A stretch of 63,440 nucleotides of DNA, the filler included. It is 6 parts of 6 records of this genome, joined end to end, with 100 filler letters (N's around TTAATTAATTAA, not from the genome) between each part and the next. Parts side by side here need not be neighbours in the genome. Positions count along the whole stretch, not along the records: positions 40,929 to 53,263 come from SRR31156797_155; 5 more parts are not named here. The stretch is one strand, 5' to 3'. The notes below the pieces were generated by a model. The model was given only the letters and a program-made list of their open reading frames with translations. It ran no database searches and was not told the origin of the DNA. Positions 40,929 through 51,344 of the stretch are shown piece after piece. Numbering within the stretch: the stretch's first letter is position 1; every line of letters starts with the position of its first letter. The position numbers and the translations under genes were made by a program.

Positions 40929-41279
40929 AATGATACTTTTGGACATGATATTGGAGATATTGTCTTAAAAACAATTGCTGAGATATCCCATACTTCTATT
41001 CGTGTTACTGATATAATTGCAAGATGGGGAGGGGAAGAGTTTATTATACTTCTTCCTGAAACCTCTATTGATGAGTCATTAAGTATCGCAGAAAATATAA
41101 GAGAGAATATAGCAAAACACTATTTTGATGCAATAGATCAAAATGTAACAGTGAGTTTAGGTGTCAATGGATTTACCATAGGATCAGATTATAGAGATAG
41201 CTTTTTAAAAGGGGTAGATATCGCTTTATACCAAGCTAAAAATAGTGGAAAGAATAGAGTAGTACAATATGAAAAATAA
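40929..41279 (+). CDS. Diguanylate cyclase, C-terminal GGDEF domain (5'-truncated; absent from the ORF track)
   Basis: Translated by hand: NDTFGHDIGD, ARWGGEEF, ALYQAKNSGKNRV. Confidence 0.9.
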   Translation, partial: NDTFGHDIGDIVLKTIAEISHTSIRVTDIIARWGGEEFIILLPETSIDESLSIAENIRENIAKHYFDAIDQNVTVSLGVNGFTIGSDYRDSFLKGVDIALYQAKNSGKNRVVQYEK

Positions 41280-41853
41280 ATTTACAACAAAGATTATTGG
41301 TGGGATTTATAAAAATAAAACCTTGGAGCTTCCACCTTTAGATACTACAAGAAGTTCAAAGTCTAGACTAAGAGAGTCATTTTTTAATGTAATACAGTTT
41401 GATATTATAGATACTCTTTTTATTGAAGCCTTTGGTGGAAGTGGATCAATTGGACTTGAAGCTTTAAGTAGAGGCTCAAAGCATAGTTATTTTTGTGAGT
41501 TAGATAGAGAATCTTATAAGATTCTTCAAAAAAACTGCAAAAGTATTGATAGTGAAAATACAACTACTTTTTTAGGGGATACTTTTATAAAACTTCCTAT
41601 GCTTTTAGAGCAGCTAAAAAATAAAAAAGAGGATATTATTATCTATATTGATCCCCCATTTGATTTTAGAGATGGGATGAGTGAGATTTATGAGAAGTGT
41701 TTTAAAATGGTTCAAGAGATACAAAATACTAATATCTTTATGGTCGTTTTTGAACATATGACAGAGTTAGAAATGCCTGAAAATATAGGGAAGTTTGAAA
41801 AGTTTAAAAATAAAAAGTTTGGGAATAGTTCGCTTACATATTATCATGTATAG
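41269..41853 (+). CDS. rsmD: 16S rRNA m2G966 methyltransferase
   Basis: RESFFN, FGGSGSIGLEALSRG and YIDPPF motifs. Confidence 0.92.
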   Translation: MKNKFTTKIIGGIYKNKTLELPPLDTTRSSKSRLRESFFNVIQFDIIDTLFIEAFGGSGSIGLEALSRGSKHSYFCELDRESYKILQKNCKSIDSENTTTFLGDTFIKLPMLLEQLKNKKEDIIIYIDPPFDFRDGMSEIYEKCFKMVQEIQNTNIFMVVFEHMTELEMPENIGKFEKFKNKKFGNSSLTYYHV

Positions 41854-42640
41854 ATTTGCTCTTATCACTTTGATCTCCTTGGTTGTTATCGTATTTTTAC
41901 TCCCTTTTATCTATACGGTATCTCCATATGAACTTGATCCAAGTAAAATACTCCAAGCTCCTAGTTTACAACATATTATGGGAACTGATAGATTAGGAAG
42001 AGATATCTTTGCACGTATCTTACAAGGTGGGCAAACCTCTTTAATAATAGGATTTTTAAGTGCTATGATCGCTTCGTTGATAGGATTAATTGTAGGGATT
42101 AGTGCAGGGTATTTTCAAAAAAGAACAGATAAAGTGATCACTATTATTATAGATCTTTTTTTAACCTTTCCTACCTTTTTTCTTTTACTTGCCCTTGTAA
42201 GTTATATGGAAGCAAATATGCTAGTACTCATTATAGTACTGTTTATTACAGGCTGGATGGGGATGGCAAGGATGATTCGAAGTGAAAGTTTTGCAATTAC
42301 AAATAAACCTTTTATCAAGATATTAAACCTTGCAAATGTTTCAAAAACAAAGATCATATTAAAATACTTTGCTCCACTTTTAGCTCCAATATTTTTAGTC
42401 TCTTTTACTTTTGGAGTTGGTGGTGCAATATTAGCTGAATCGGGACTTAGTTTTTTAGGGCTAGGGATCAATCCACCGCAAATGAGCTGGGGAAGTCTTT
42501 TAAGTGATGGAAAAGAGGTGATAGAGATAGCCCCATGGGTAAGTTTTTTCCCTGGGCTATTTATATTTTTAGTAACTTTTTGTTTAATGCAGATTGCTGA
42601 TTATCTACAGCAAAAAGCAAACTCGAAGATGATCAATTAA
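41846..42640 (+). CDS. Peptide/nickel ABC transporter permease (DppC/OppC type)
   Basis: MGTDRLGRDIFAR and ILAESGLSFLGLG..PP..SWG motifs. Confidence 0.92.
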   Translation: MYRFALITLISLVVIVFLLPFIYTVSPYELDPSKILQAPSLQHIMGTDRLGRDIFARILQGGQTSLIIGFLSAMIASLIGLIVGISAGYFQKRTDKVITIIIDLFLTFPTFFLLLALVSYMEANMLVLIIVLFITGWMGMARMIRSESFAITNKPFIKILNLANVSKTKIILKYFAPLLAPIFLVSFTFGVGGAILAESGLSFLGLGINPPQMSWGSLLSDGKEVIEIAPWVSFFPGLFIFLVTFCLMQIADYLQQKANSKMIN

Positions 42641-42643
42641 GTA

Positions 42644-42946
42644 TTATTTAGATGCGATATACTCAGCAACTGCTTGCATATCAGCATCACTCATAGAAGC
42701 AACTTGACCTTTCATCACACCTTTCATAGGTCCACCATAACTTCCATCTTTATATCCTTTTAGAGCGGCAACTGTTTTTGAAGCCTCCCAACCTTTGATG
42801 ATATGAGATTTTCCTAATGCTGCTTTTTCTGCATTTACCCCATGACACCCTGCACATCTTTTATAAAGTCCTGCTCCATCTGCTGCCATTAAAGATGATG
42901 CTCCTAAGATCGCTAATCCTAAAATTGTGTTTGTTAACTTTTTCAT
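42644..42946 (-). CDS. Periplasmic cytochrome c553-type monoheme cytochrome
   Basis: Signal peptide, CAGCHG and YGGPMKGVM motifs. Confidence 0.92.
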   Translation of the reverse strand: MKKLTNTILGLAILGASSLMAADGAGLYKRCAGCHGVNAEKAALGKSHIIKGWEASKTVAALKGYKDGSYGGPMKGVMKGQVASMSDADMQAVAEYIASK

Positions 42947-43095
42947 TTTTTGTCCTTTTATTTTAGTTATAGTGGCAGTATAAAAATTAATTGTGAAATG
43001 ATTGTGGAATAGATTTTATTTTTTGCAATAAAATATAACTTTTTAAGTAATATTAGATAAAATAAATTTATTCGCATGATGGGAGGAACTATATA

Positions 43096-44949
43096 ATGCC
43101 ATCAAATAAAAAAGTTACATTGATTATCTTTTCAATGGTTGCTGCTTTAATTCTCGTAATTGTTATATTTGTCGCACTTGGATCTCGTGAAAATAGTTAC
43201 GATGGAGCCAAAAAAAGAGCGTATCTTGCTGCTGAAACGGTTAAACAATCTTTAACAGCCCATATGGTAAACGGAAATATGCATCAAAGTGATGTGTTTT
43301 TAAATGGTATGAGTCAAGTTGAGGGGATCAAGAGTTTATGGGTAGTGCGCTCACAAAGTGTTAATAATCAATTTAATAATGGTGAAGAAAAACTTCCTCC
43401 AAAAGATAAGATCGATCAATTTGTTTTAAAAAATGCAATTGAAAAAATAGAGATAAACGAAACACTTCAAAGTGCAGAGCTTCGGATCACTATTCCTTAT
43501 ATTGCATCCTCTCATGATAAGCCAAATTGTTTAATGTGTCACAATGCACAAGAGGGTGAGGTATTAGGGGCTATCTCTTTAGAGTTTGATATACAAGATG
43601 ATAGGATATCAAGTATTATTATCCTTTTAAAGATCATTGGATCTTCTGCAATATTTTTAGTTCTTATGTTAGTATTTATAAGTAATAGGATCAAACCGTA
43701 TACTTCTTCATTTGATACTATGATCAAAGTGCTTAGAAAAGTACATGATGGAGATTATTCTATTAGAGCTGAGGGTGCAAAACTTCAAGAGGATAAAGAA
43801 GCATTTAAATGGCTCAATGAGATCATAGAAAAGCTTGAAACGGTGCTTACTGGAATAGAAAATAACCTTACCTCTTTTGTACACAATAGGGCAACCAATA
43901 TCAATAACGATAAGCTTTTAAGTGCTCAAGAGATTATAGAAGATATCTCTGAGATATATACGTATAAAAAGACCATAGAAACAGATCTTGGAAAAAATGA
44001 CATCTACTTTAGATTGACTCAAGTATTACAAGATAAATTACATATAGAGAAGTTTTGTATCTTTGAAAATGATCTTATTAAAGGAAATAGAAAGATTGTT
44101 TTTCAAACTAACGATATGACACCTTGCTGTTTTGTTGATAAAAATGTGCGAGAAGTGTGTAGAGCTGAGAGAACAGACAATGTTGTAGTTTCTAAGAATT
44201 TTCCAAAACTTTGTCGTGCAGCAGATTGTGAAAATGGAAAAGAGTATGTTTGTATCCCATTTATGATCAATGATCAAAAAAGCGTTACAGTACATATTAT
44301 TTGTGAAGATGAAGAATGTTTAAAACATATCAATTATCAAATAGGGATTATTAAGAAATATCTTGAAGAGACGAAACCTATCTTAGAGAGTCGAATTTTA
44401 ATGGATATTTTAAAAGAGAGAAGTTTAGTAGATGGTCTTACAGGACTTTATAATAGAAAGTATCTAGATGACTTTATTGAAAATTCTATGCCTGATGAGA
44501 TGTCAAGAGGAACAACTTATGCTATTATGTTCTTAGATATTGATTATTTTAAAATGGTAAATGACACTTATGGACATGATGCAGGGGATGCGATCTTAAA
44601 AAAACTAGCTCAAACACTTAAATCTCTTATTGGACAAAGTGATTTTATTATCCGTTATGGTGGGGAAGAGTTTGTTATTATTCTTAGAAATCCAACTGAA
44701 GAGAGTGCATTAGAATTAGCAAATACTATAAATAAAGAGTTCTCACAAATCGTATTTACTTTCAATGATGAAACATTTTCAAAAACAATAAGTATAGGGT
44801 ACTCATTTGTTCCAAAAGATTCTAATCAGATATGGAAAGCGATCAAATATGCAGATCTTAGTTTGTATGAAGCAAAAGATACTGGAAGAAATAAAGTGAT
44901 CAGATTTTCAAAAGAGTTATTAAAAAATGGAGATAAAGCAGAGTATTAA
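43096..44949 (+). CDS. Membrane diguanylate cyclase with periplasmic CxxCH heme motif, HAMP/GAF-like region and GGEEF site
   Basis: Two TM helices flank NCLMCH; DIDYFK.VND.YGH and RYGGEEF motifs. Confidence 0.88.
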   Translation: MPSNKKVTLIIFSMVAALILVIVIFVALGSRENSYDGAKKRAYLAAETVKQSLTAHMVNGNMHQSDVFLNGMSQVEGIKSLWVVRSQSVNNQFNNGEEKLPPKDKIDQFVLKNAIEKIEINETLQSAELRITIPYIASSHDKPNCLMCHNAQEGEVLGAISLEFDIQDDRISSIIILLKIIGSSAIFLVLMLVFISNRIKPYTSSFDTMIKVLRKVHDGDYSIRAEGAKLQEDKEAFKWLNEIIEKLETVLTGIENNLTSFVHNRATNINNDKLLSAQEIIEDISEIYTYKKTIETDLGKNDIYFRLTQVLQDKLHIEKFCIFENDLIKGNRKIVFQTNDMTPCCFVDKNVREVCRAERTDNVVVSKNFPKLCRAADCENGKEYVCIPFMINDQKSVTVHIICEDEECLKHINYQIGIIKKYLEETKPILESRILMDILKERSLVDGLTGLYNRKYLDDFIENSMPDEMSRGTTYAIMFLDIDYFKMVNDTYGHDAGDAILKKLAQTLKSLIGQSDFIIRYGGEEFVIILRNPTEESALELANTINKEFSQIVFTFNDETFSKTISIGYSFVPKDSNQIWKAIKYADLSLYEAKDTGRNKVIRFSKELLKNGDKAEY

Positions 44950-44958
44950 TACTTTGCT

Positions 44959-46143
44959 TTACTCTTTAAAAGATAAAATCACTTCCGTATATTCACCCAC
45001 TTTACTATCAATAGATATGTTTAGATGATACTCATCACAGATCATTTTTACAATATTCAAACCAATTCCAAAACCACCTACAACATTATCAAATCGTGCA
45101 TATCTCTCAAAAAGTGAATCCAAGTTTTCTTGCTTGATCCCTTTTCCTGTATCTTTAATAATAAGAGTGTTGTTTTTTAGTGTAATAAATATTTTTCCAT
45201 TACGTTTATTATATTTGATAGCATTAGAGATAATATTATCAAGGAGTTTGATAAGTTTATTTCTATCCATAAAAACTGAAAGCTCATTTTGTGTATCAGT
45301 ATAAAAAACCACTTTTTTAGAGTTTGCTAGGATCTTAAAGTATTCTATTCTTTCATCAATAATTTGGTCTAAATGGATCATTTCATCATGAGATTTTATT
45401 TTGTGATGTAAAATAAGATAGGTAAGATCATCATAGATATTAGAAATAGTTTTAGCTCCTATATCTATACGGCCTATTATCTTTTTTAGTTTTACATCTT
45501 CTATCTCATTTTGATCTATTAGTTCTATATTGGTTCTTATAGTGCTTATTGGAGTATTAAGCTCATGGGTAGTATCTTTGATAAACTGGTTTAAAAGCCG
45601 TAACATATCTTTCATTGGTTTTAAAAAAAGGTTAAGTAAAAAATATCCAATGATTATCATAAAAATAAAAAATAAAACTCCATAGATGATAATATGTTGA
45701 TACACTTCGTATTCCCAGTTTGAATTATCATTGATCTTTACTATTAAGTACTGAGTATGTTTGAAGTATTTATTTGGCTCTTTTATATATCGAACGATCA
45801 CATTATTATTGTATTCGATATCTCCTAGTTGTTTTTTAGGCTTTAATTCTGTAGAGTAGATAAGATTATAGTTTCTATCATATAAAGAAGTATCGAAGTT
45901 ATCATCTTTTGGATAACTTGTCTGGTTAGGTATCTCTTTGAGTTGTGCTAAGAAGTCATTGGCATATTGGTTAAGAGCGATTGTTTTTTGTTGATTATAC
46001 AGCTCTTTTTGTAAAGAGTAATATAGATAGGTAGTCAGCGCTAAAATAACTAGGGTAAAAAAGATATATAGAGCTAAAAACCGAAAAAGTGTTTTCTTTT
46101 CACTCTGCGGTAAATTTATATCCAAGTTTTTTAATACTGACAA
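44959..46143 (-). CDS. Sensor histidine kinase
   Basis: Two TM helices; THELNTP, NAIKYN, DTGKGI and GFGIGL motifs. Start position uncertain. Confidence 0.92.
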   Translation of the reverse strand: MSVLKNLDINLPQSEKKTLFRFLALYIFFTLVILALTTYLYYSLQKELYNQQKTIALNQYANDFLAQLKEIPNQTSYPKDDNFDTSLYDRNYNLIYSTELKPKKQLGDIEYNNNVIVRYIKEPNKYFKHTQYLIVKINDNSNWEYEVYQHIIIYGVLFFIFMIIIGYFLLNLFLKPMKDMLRLLNQFIKDTTHELNTPISTIRTNIELIDQNEIEDVKLKKIIGRIDIGAKTISNIYDDLTYLILHHKIKSHDEMIHLDQIIDERIEYFKILANSKKVVFYTDTQNELSVFMDRNKLIKLLDNIISNAIKYNKRNGKIFITLKNNTLIIKDTGKGIKQENLDSLFERYARFDNVVGGFGIGLNIVKMICDEYHLNISIDSKVGEYTEVILSFKE

Positions 46144-46771
46144 TTTTTTCCTTTCCTAAATATTTTCGTAAGTTTTTAATATAGGTTCGAAGAGCACTTT
46201 CACTCACCTCTTCATCATATTCCCAAAGGTTTGCATAGATAGTTTCATGGGAGAGGATCTCATTTTTATGTTGAATAAAAAGCTTTAAAAGTTTTGCATC
46301 TTTATTATTAAGTTGTATTGCTTCATTATCTATACTTAAAGTATCATTGGAAGTATTATAAGAGATATTTGTATCTATTTGTATTTGATCATCTTTTTGA
46401 TGGAAAAAACCTCTTTTAATAATAGTTTCTACTCGAAGTTGCAATTCTTTTAAACTAAATGGTTTTCTTATATAATCATCACAACCACTTTCAAAACCAT
46501 TTTCCACATCCACCATTGAGTTTAACGAGGTAATGTAGATAGCAGGAGTTTGTATTCCTTGTTCACGAACTTCTTTTAATACTTCAAAACCATTGATATC
46601 AGGAACATTTACATCAAGCAGTAAAATATCAAAATTTTTTTCATAAATAGATTCCAAAGCTTCATTTCCATCGTATGCACTTACTACTTCATAATCCAAA
46701 TCTTCGAAATATTCACTTACTGTTTCATTTAAAGTAGTATCATCTTCTAGTAAAAATATCTTTTTTTTCAT
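46100..46771 (-). CDS. OmpR-family response regulator
   Basis: LLEDD, LLDVNVP, DDYIRKPF and winged-helix motif YIKNLRK...GY. Confidence 0.94.
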   Translation of the reverse strand: MKKKIFLLEDDTTLNETVSEYFEDLDYEVVSAYDGNEALESIYEKNFDILLLDVNVPDINGFEVLKEVREQGIQTPAIYITSLNSMVDVENGFESGCDDYIRKPFSLKELQLRVETIIKRGFFHQKDDQIQIDTNISYNTSNDTLSIDNEAIQLNNKDAKLLKLFIQHKNEILSHETIYANLWEYDEEVSESALRTYIKNLRKYLGKEKIVSIKKLGYKFTAE

Positions 46772-47584
46772 CTACAGCCTTATTAATATTTTATCAAGCA
46801 AACTACTTGAGAGGATTCTTTTTGCAAAGCCTAAAATATAAGTTGCTTTTGTAATATAGTATCTAGGTTTTACAGTGTGTGTTTGGATGATCTTTTCAAC
46901 TACCTTTGCCACTTCAATTGCGGGAAGATTAAACGGAACTTTTGATTTATTATCTTGTAGAGATTCTTGATATTTCTCTTTAAATCTAGAGTTTTCTATA
47001 TCTATATTCTTTTTTGCTTTTTTGATAGCATTTTTTCTAAAATCACTAGTAACTGGCCCAGTATTTAAAACAGTTACATCTATATTTGTATCTTTTAATT
47101 CAAGTCTTAAAGTATCTGTAAGTCCCTCTATAGCATATTTACTAGCATTATATGCCCCTCGAAGCTGTAAAGAGATAAGACCTAAAACAGAGCTGTGTTG
47201 GATGATTTTTCCATAGCCTTGGCTTTTCATAATTGGAAGTACTTGATTTGTTACTTCATGAAGTCCAAATACGTTGGTTTCAAACTGCTCTTTTAAAACT
47301 TCTGTAGAGATATCTTCTAAAGCCCCTGCTTGTCCATAGCCTGCATTATTAAAGACTATATCTAAAGTACCATTTGTTTGTTGTAAAATTTTTTTAAGTG
47401 TTTTTTTGATGGTTTTAGGTTTTGTTACATCAAGAAGATAAGCTTCAAATCCAAGCTTAATAAGCTCTTCCACATCTTTTTCATCTCTTGCAGTTGCAAA
47501 CACTCTATACCCTTTTTCTTGTAAATAAAGAGCAGTCTCTTTTCCTATTCCACTAGAACATCCTGTAATTAAAATAGATACCAA
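46772..47584 (-). CDS. Short-chain dehydrogenase/reductase
   Basis: TGCSSGIG, NNAG and YNASK motifs. Confidence 0.93.
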   Translation of the reverse strand: MVSILITGCSSGIGKETALYLQEKGYRVFATARDEKDVEELIKLGFEAYLLDVTKPKTIKKTLKKILQQTNGTLDIVFNNAGYGQAGALEDISTEVLKEQFETNVFGLHEVTNQVLPIMKSQGYGKIIQHSSVLGLISLQLRGAYNASKYAIEGLTDTLRLELKDTNIDVTVLNTGPVTSDFRKNAIKKAKKNIDIENSRFKEKYQESLQDNKSKVPFNLPAIEVAKVVEKIIQTHTVKPRYYITKATYILGFAKRILSSSLLDKILIRL

Positions 47585-47623
47585 TTTTAGAAACCTTTGT
47601 TTTAGTTTTGGTTATTATAACAT

Positions 47624-48391
47624 ATGAGAGATATAAAAGAGTTACTCGACCTTGAGATTAAAAAAAGAGATTGTATTAGTGAGTTATGTTATGAAAAACC
47701 AGATCCACTTTTTATAGCTAAAAGATATTCTGATGAATATATTGCACTTATTTGTGCTTTATTTGGATATGGAAATGCAAAAGCTATAGTCACCTTTTTA
47801 GATAGCTTAGATTTTACTCTTTTAGACCAAGATGAGAAGAGTATTCAAAAAAAACTACAAGGGTATTATTACCGTTTTCAAAATGAGAGAGATGTGATAG
47901 ATTTTTTCATTGTTTTACGAAAACTACGATCAATTGATAGCTTAGAAAATATATTTTATAGTGGCTATAAAAAAGAGCATAATATTTTAGATGGACTTGA
48001 AAAAATTATACAAGCTATAAGCGAAAGATTAGAGAATAATAGTGAAGGATTGAGATTTTTAGTTGGAACTATTCCAAAAAAAGATAAGCTAGGAAAAGTC
48101 AAACTAAGAGGAAATGCTCCATATAAAAGATACAATATGTTTCTTAGATGGATGGTAAGATCTGATAATCTTGATATGGGACTTTGGAGTAAAATAGAGA
48201 AAAAAGATCTCCTAATCCCCCTTGATACTCATACTTTTAAAGTAAGCGGGAAACTTGGACTTTTAAAGAGAAAAACATATGATCTTTATTCTGTTTATCT
48301 TGTGACAGAAAAGCTAAAAGAGTTTGATCCAAATGATCCTGTAAAATATGATTTCGCATTATATAGATTAGGTCAGGAAAAAATTATATAA
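47624..48391 (+). CDS. TIGR02757-family protein (HhH-GPD-like)
   Basis: KRYNMFLRWMVR, PLDTH and DPVKYDFAL motifs. Confidence 0.88.
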   Translation: MRDIKELLDLEIKKRDCISELCYEKPDPLFIAKRYSDEYIALICALFGYGNAKAIVTFLDSLDFTLLDQDEKSIQKKLQGYYYRFQNERDVIDFFIVLRKLRSIDSLENIFYSGYKKEHNILDGLEKIIQAISERLENNSEGLRFLVGTIPKKDKLGKVKLRGNAPYKRYNMFLRWMVRSDNLDMGLWSKIEKKDLLIPLDTHTFKVSGKLGLLKRKTYDLYSVYLVTEKLKEFDPNDPVKYDFALYRLGQEKII

Positions 48392-48429
48392 ATAGTTATA
48401 TAATCCCACATAATTACAAAAGGATTTTT

Positions 48430-48909
48430 ATGAAAAAAATATTAATAGCTTCGATGATAGCAACAGTAACATTACAAGCTGGATTTTTAGATTCAGTGAT
48501 GGAAACAGTTGCAAGTAAAACGAATACTTCTACAACTCAAAGTGTAACAAAAGAGAATCAAACTTTGATTGATAGTGTAAAAGAAGAAACAGGACTTAGT
48601 ACGACTCAAAGTGTTGGAGCATTAGGAACACTTTTAGCGTATGCTGGAAATAATACTACACAAAGTGATTATTCAAAAGTAACGAATAGTGTACCAGGCT
48701 TATCAAGCCTTACAAATACTTCTGCAATATCTCCAATAGTAAGCTCGATCACTTCAAGTGAAATGGTACAAACTACTCTAAAAACCTTTGGAGTTGAGCC
48801 ATCATTAGTTCAAACTATAGCACCAATTTTAGTCAACTATGTTTCCTCAACAGGTGGAGAAGAGTCTGGGAATATTATCTCTACTGCCTTATCAGGATTA
48901 TTAAAATAG
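48430..48909 (+). CDS. DUF2780-like exported protein
   Basis: Signal peptide; Q..GALGTLL..A and VPGL motifs. Confidence 0.65.
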   Translation: MKKILIASMIATVTLQAGFLDSVMETVASKTNTSTTQSVTKENQTLIDSVKEETGLSTTQSVGALGTLLAYAGNNTTQSDYSKVTNSVPGLSSLTNTSAISPIVSSITSSEMVQTTLKTFGVEPSLVQTIAPILVNYVSSTGGEESGNIISTALSGLLK

Positions 48910-48998
48910 AACTTTCATTTTCTAATCTCACTTCTTTTATTAATAGTTTTGAAGAATCTCTTCAAAACTATGAAGTAGATGAAGTTTTTTCTATTAGA

Positions 48999-49775
48999 TT
49001 GCTAGATGAAAAACTTGATTATAAAAAACTTGTGGATCTTTTTGAGTACTATTATTGTAGTATAGATGAGATAGAAAAAAAAGAGGATCATTTCCTAATA
49101 CGTGCTCATAAAGTAGATATCTCAAATAGCTTTCATAAAAGTGATGAGAATATTGAAACAAAATATGGAAAAGATTCAATCTTCTCAACTATAGATAAAC
49201 TCTCACAGCCATCTTTTTTACTCCATTATAAAAAAGCTTTGCAAAATGTAAATGTAGAGAAACGAAAAAAGATACTCAATCTTGGTGTAAATCGTGGAGA
49301 TGAGTTTGAAGTGATCAAAAAGTTTTTTTCAAATAAAGAAGAACAAAAACTTTTAGGGATAGACTATTGTAATTCAGCTATACAATATGCCAAAGAACAG
49401 TTTATAGATGATACAAATATCTCTTTTTTACAAGCAGACATAAAAAACCTCACTGAACATAATATAGGAAAATTTGATCTCATTATCTCTATAGCTACCT
49501 TACAAAGCTCAAATCTAGAGTTTAATAAGATATTTATGGAGATAGTGCAAAACCACCTTGAAAAAGATGGAGCAATGGTCTTAGGCTTTCCAAATTGTAG
49601 ATGGGTGGAAGATAAGATGTTTTATGGAGCAAGAGTGAAAAACTATAACTTTTCAGAGATGTCTGTACTCTATAAAGATGTGATCTTTTGTAAAAAGTAT
49701 CTACAACAAAAAAAGTTCCGTGTCACAGTTACAGGGAAGGATTATATCTTTTTAACGGCTACTTCTATACGATAA
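48999..49775 (+). CDS. Class I SAM-dependent methyltransferase; frame open upstream to an ATA at 48906
   Basis: ILNLGVNRG, GIDY and FDLIISI motifs. Confidence 0.8.
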   Translation: MLDEKLDYKKLVDLFEYYYCSIDEIEKKEDHFLIRAHKVDISNSFHKSDENIETKYGKDSIFSTIDKLSQPSFLLHYKKALQNVNVEKRKKILNLGVNRGDEFEVIKKFFSNKEEQKLLGIDYCNSAIQYAKEQFIDDTNISFLQADIKNLTEHNIGKFDLIISIATLQSSNLEFNKIFMEIVQNHLEKDGAMVLGFPNCRWVEDKMFYGARVKNYNFSEMSVLYKDVIFCKKYLQQKKFRVTVTGKDYIFLTATSIR

Positions 49776-49834
49776 ATAAAAAATATCATGAATATGTTAT
49801 AATAAATAATTAGTATATATAAGAGGAGTAAATA

Positions 49835-50116
49835 ATGCAAATAATAAACTTAAAAGTAGAAGATAGCTTTTTCCCTCAGTTTAAAGAGATGATTGAAAAC
49901 CTTGTGAAAGATAATAAAGTAAAAATTATAGATGATGAAGAGTATGACTATTCAAAGTATTGTCCAGATGATTTAATTGTAAGTAGTGTTGAAGAGGTTC
50001 GTAGACGAGTATATGAAGCAGAAAAACGTATAGAAGATGGAGATTTTATATCAGAAGAAGAATATGAAACTCAAATGAATAAGTTTTTTAAAGAAGAGTT
50101 AGGCATCGATAGATGA
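49835..50116 (+). CDS. Putative antitoxin
   Basis: Small acidic protein with ATGA overlap to the downstream RelE/ParE-like gene. Confidence 0.65.
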   Translation: MQIINLKVEDSFFPQFKEMIENLVKDNKVKIIDDEEYDYSKYCPDDLIVSSVEEVRRRVYEAEKRIEDGDFISEEEYETQMNKFFKEELGIDR

Positions 50117-50385
50117 CCATTATTAAAGATAAGCTTTTTCAAAAGAAACTTTTAAATATTTTATATACAATAGCAAAAGATAAAAAATCGGCTGCAAAGA
50201 AATTTGAAATAGAATTAAATGAAATGATTAAAAATCTTGTAAATTTTCCTTATAAGTTTCGATCATCTTATTATTTTGAAGATGAGTCTTATCGTGATCT
50301 TATATATCAAGGGTATACAATAATCTATAAAGTTGAAATACAAAGAATCTTAATACTTGAAATATTTAAATGGGAAGAAAGATAA
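50113..50385 (+). CDS. RelE/ParE-family toxin
   Basis: IAKD...AA..F, L..FPY.FR and RDLI..GYTIIY.V....I.ILEIF pattern. Confidence 0.8.
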   Translation: MTIIKDKLFQKKLLNILYTIAKDKKSAAKKFEIELNEMIKNLVNFPYKFRSSYYFEDESYRDLIYQGYTIIYKVEIQRILILEIFKWEER

Positions 50386-50433
50386 TGGATAAAATATTCA
50401 TAATATTATGATTTTCTTTAATAAAAAGACAAC

Positions 50434-51093
50434 ATGAATCTAGAAAAACTAAAGATTATCTACACCTCAAAACACGGCTTAGTCCTACTTTTAGGGATAT
50501 TACTTGTTATCCTTTTAAGTGTATTTCTTTTCTTCTCTTATTTTATAGATCCAGAGTTTAGTCATAAAATATCTGCTATGGTGATGGCAAATATAGTAGT
50601 TGGGCGTGTACCTTCTATCTCACTTGGATATGCTTCTGGATTATCACATTTTTATGTGATCGCTACTAACGTTTATACTGAGATGATTATGGTAACTCTT
50701 TTATATGCTGCTTTTGTATTTAGTTATAACAATATTTTACATATCCGTTTTTTAGAAACTTTTTTTAAAAAGATAGAGGAGTATAGGGAGAAATACTCCT
50801 CATTATTTGAAAAGTATGGGATAGTTGGTCTTTTTGTTTTTGTTTTTATCCCTTTTTGGATGACTGGTCCTATTGTTGGAGCGATTATTGGGTATTTGAT
50901 AGGGTTACGGGACTTTACTATTATGCTTACTGTTTTTATTGCTACTATTTTAGCGGTGAGTATTTGGGGATTATTATTGAATGAACTGATTACATTGATG
51001 AATATGATCAATAGTTCTTTAGTGTGGTTTGTACTTGTGATAGGGGTCGTAATAGTAGTTGTAGTGAAGTATTCGACTTCACAAAAAAAGTAG
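50434..51093 (+). CDS. Small multidrug export-family membrane protein
   Basis: Multi-TM protein with GLFVFVFIPFWMTGP motif. Confidence 0.75.
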   Translation: MNLEKLKIIYTSKHGLVLLLGILLVILLSVFLFFSYFIDPEFSHKISAMVMANIVVGRVPSISLGYASGLSHFYVIATNVYTEMIMVTLLYAAFVFSYNNILHIRFLETFFKKIEEYREKYSSLFEKYGIVGLFVFVFIPFWMTGPIVGAIIGYLIGLRDFTIMLTVFIATILAVSIWGLLLNELITLMNMINSSLVWFVLVIGVVIVVVVKYSTSQKK

Positions 51094-51095
51094 TA

Positions 51096-51344
51096 TCACT
51101 CTTCTGTATTATAAAAGTTTTCTAAGATCAAGCTATCCATAATCTGATTTTTAAATAGAGCATCTTCGTGCTGTTGTTTTAAAGCTTTGTTTTCCTCTTT
51201 TAGCGAGATATATTGAGCATTAAGTTTATTGATATCTTTACTAAGATAGTAGATATTGTTTTGTAGATAGATCTTGGGCATAAGTAGAGCAAGGGTTAAA
51301 AAAAGGGCTCCTAAGACTATAAAAAGGGCTTTTAGTGGTCTCAT
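51096..51344 (-). CDS. FtsL-like small TM/coiled-coil protein
   Basis: Follows rsmH with ATGA overlap; TM helix then PKIYL.NNIYY.S and a coiled coil. Confidence 0.65.
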   Translation of the reverse strand: MRPLKALFIVLGALFLTLALLMPKIYLQNNIYYLSKDINKLNAQYISLKEENKALKQQHEDALFKNQIMDSLILENFYNTEE

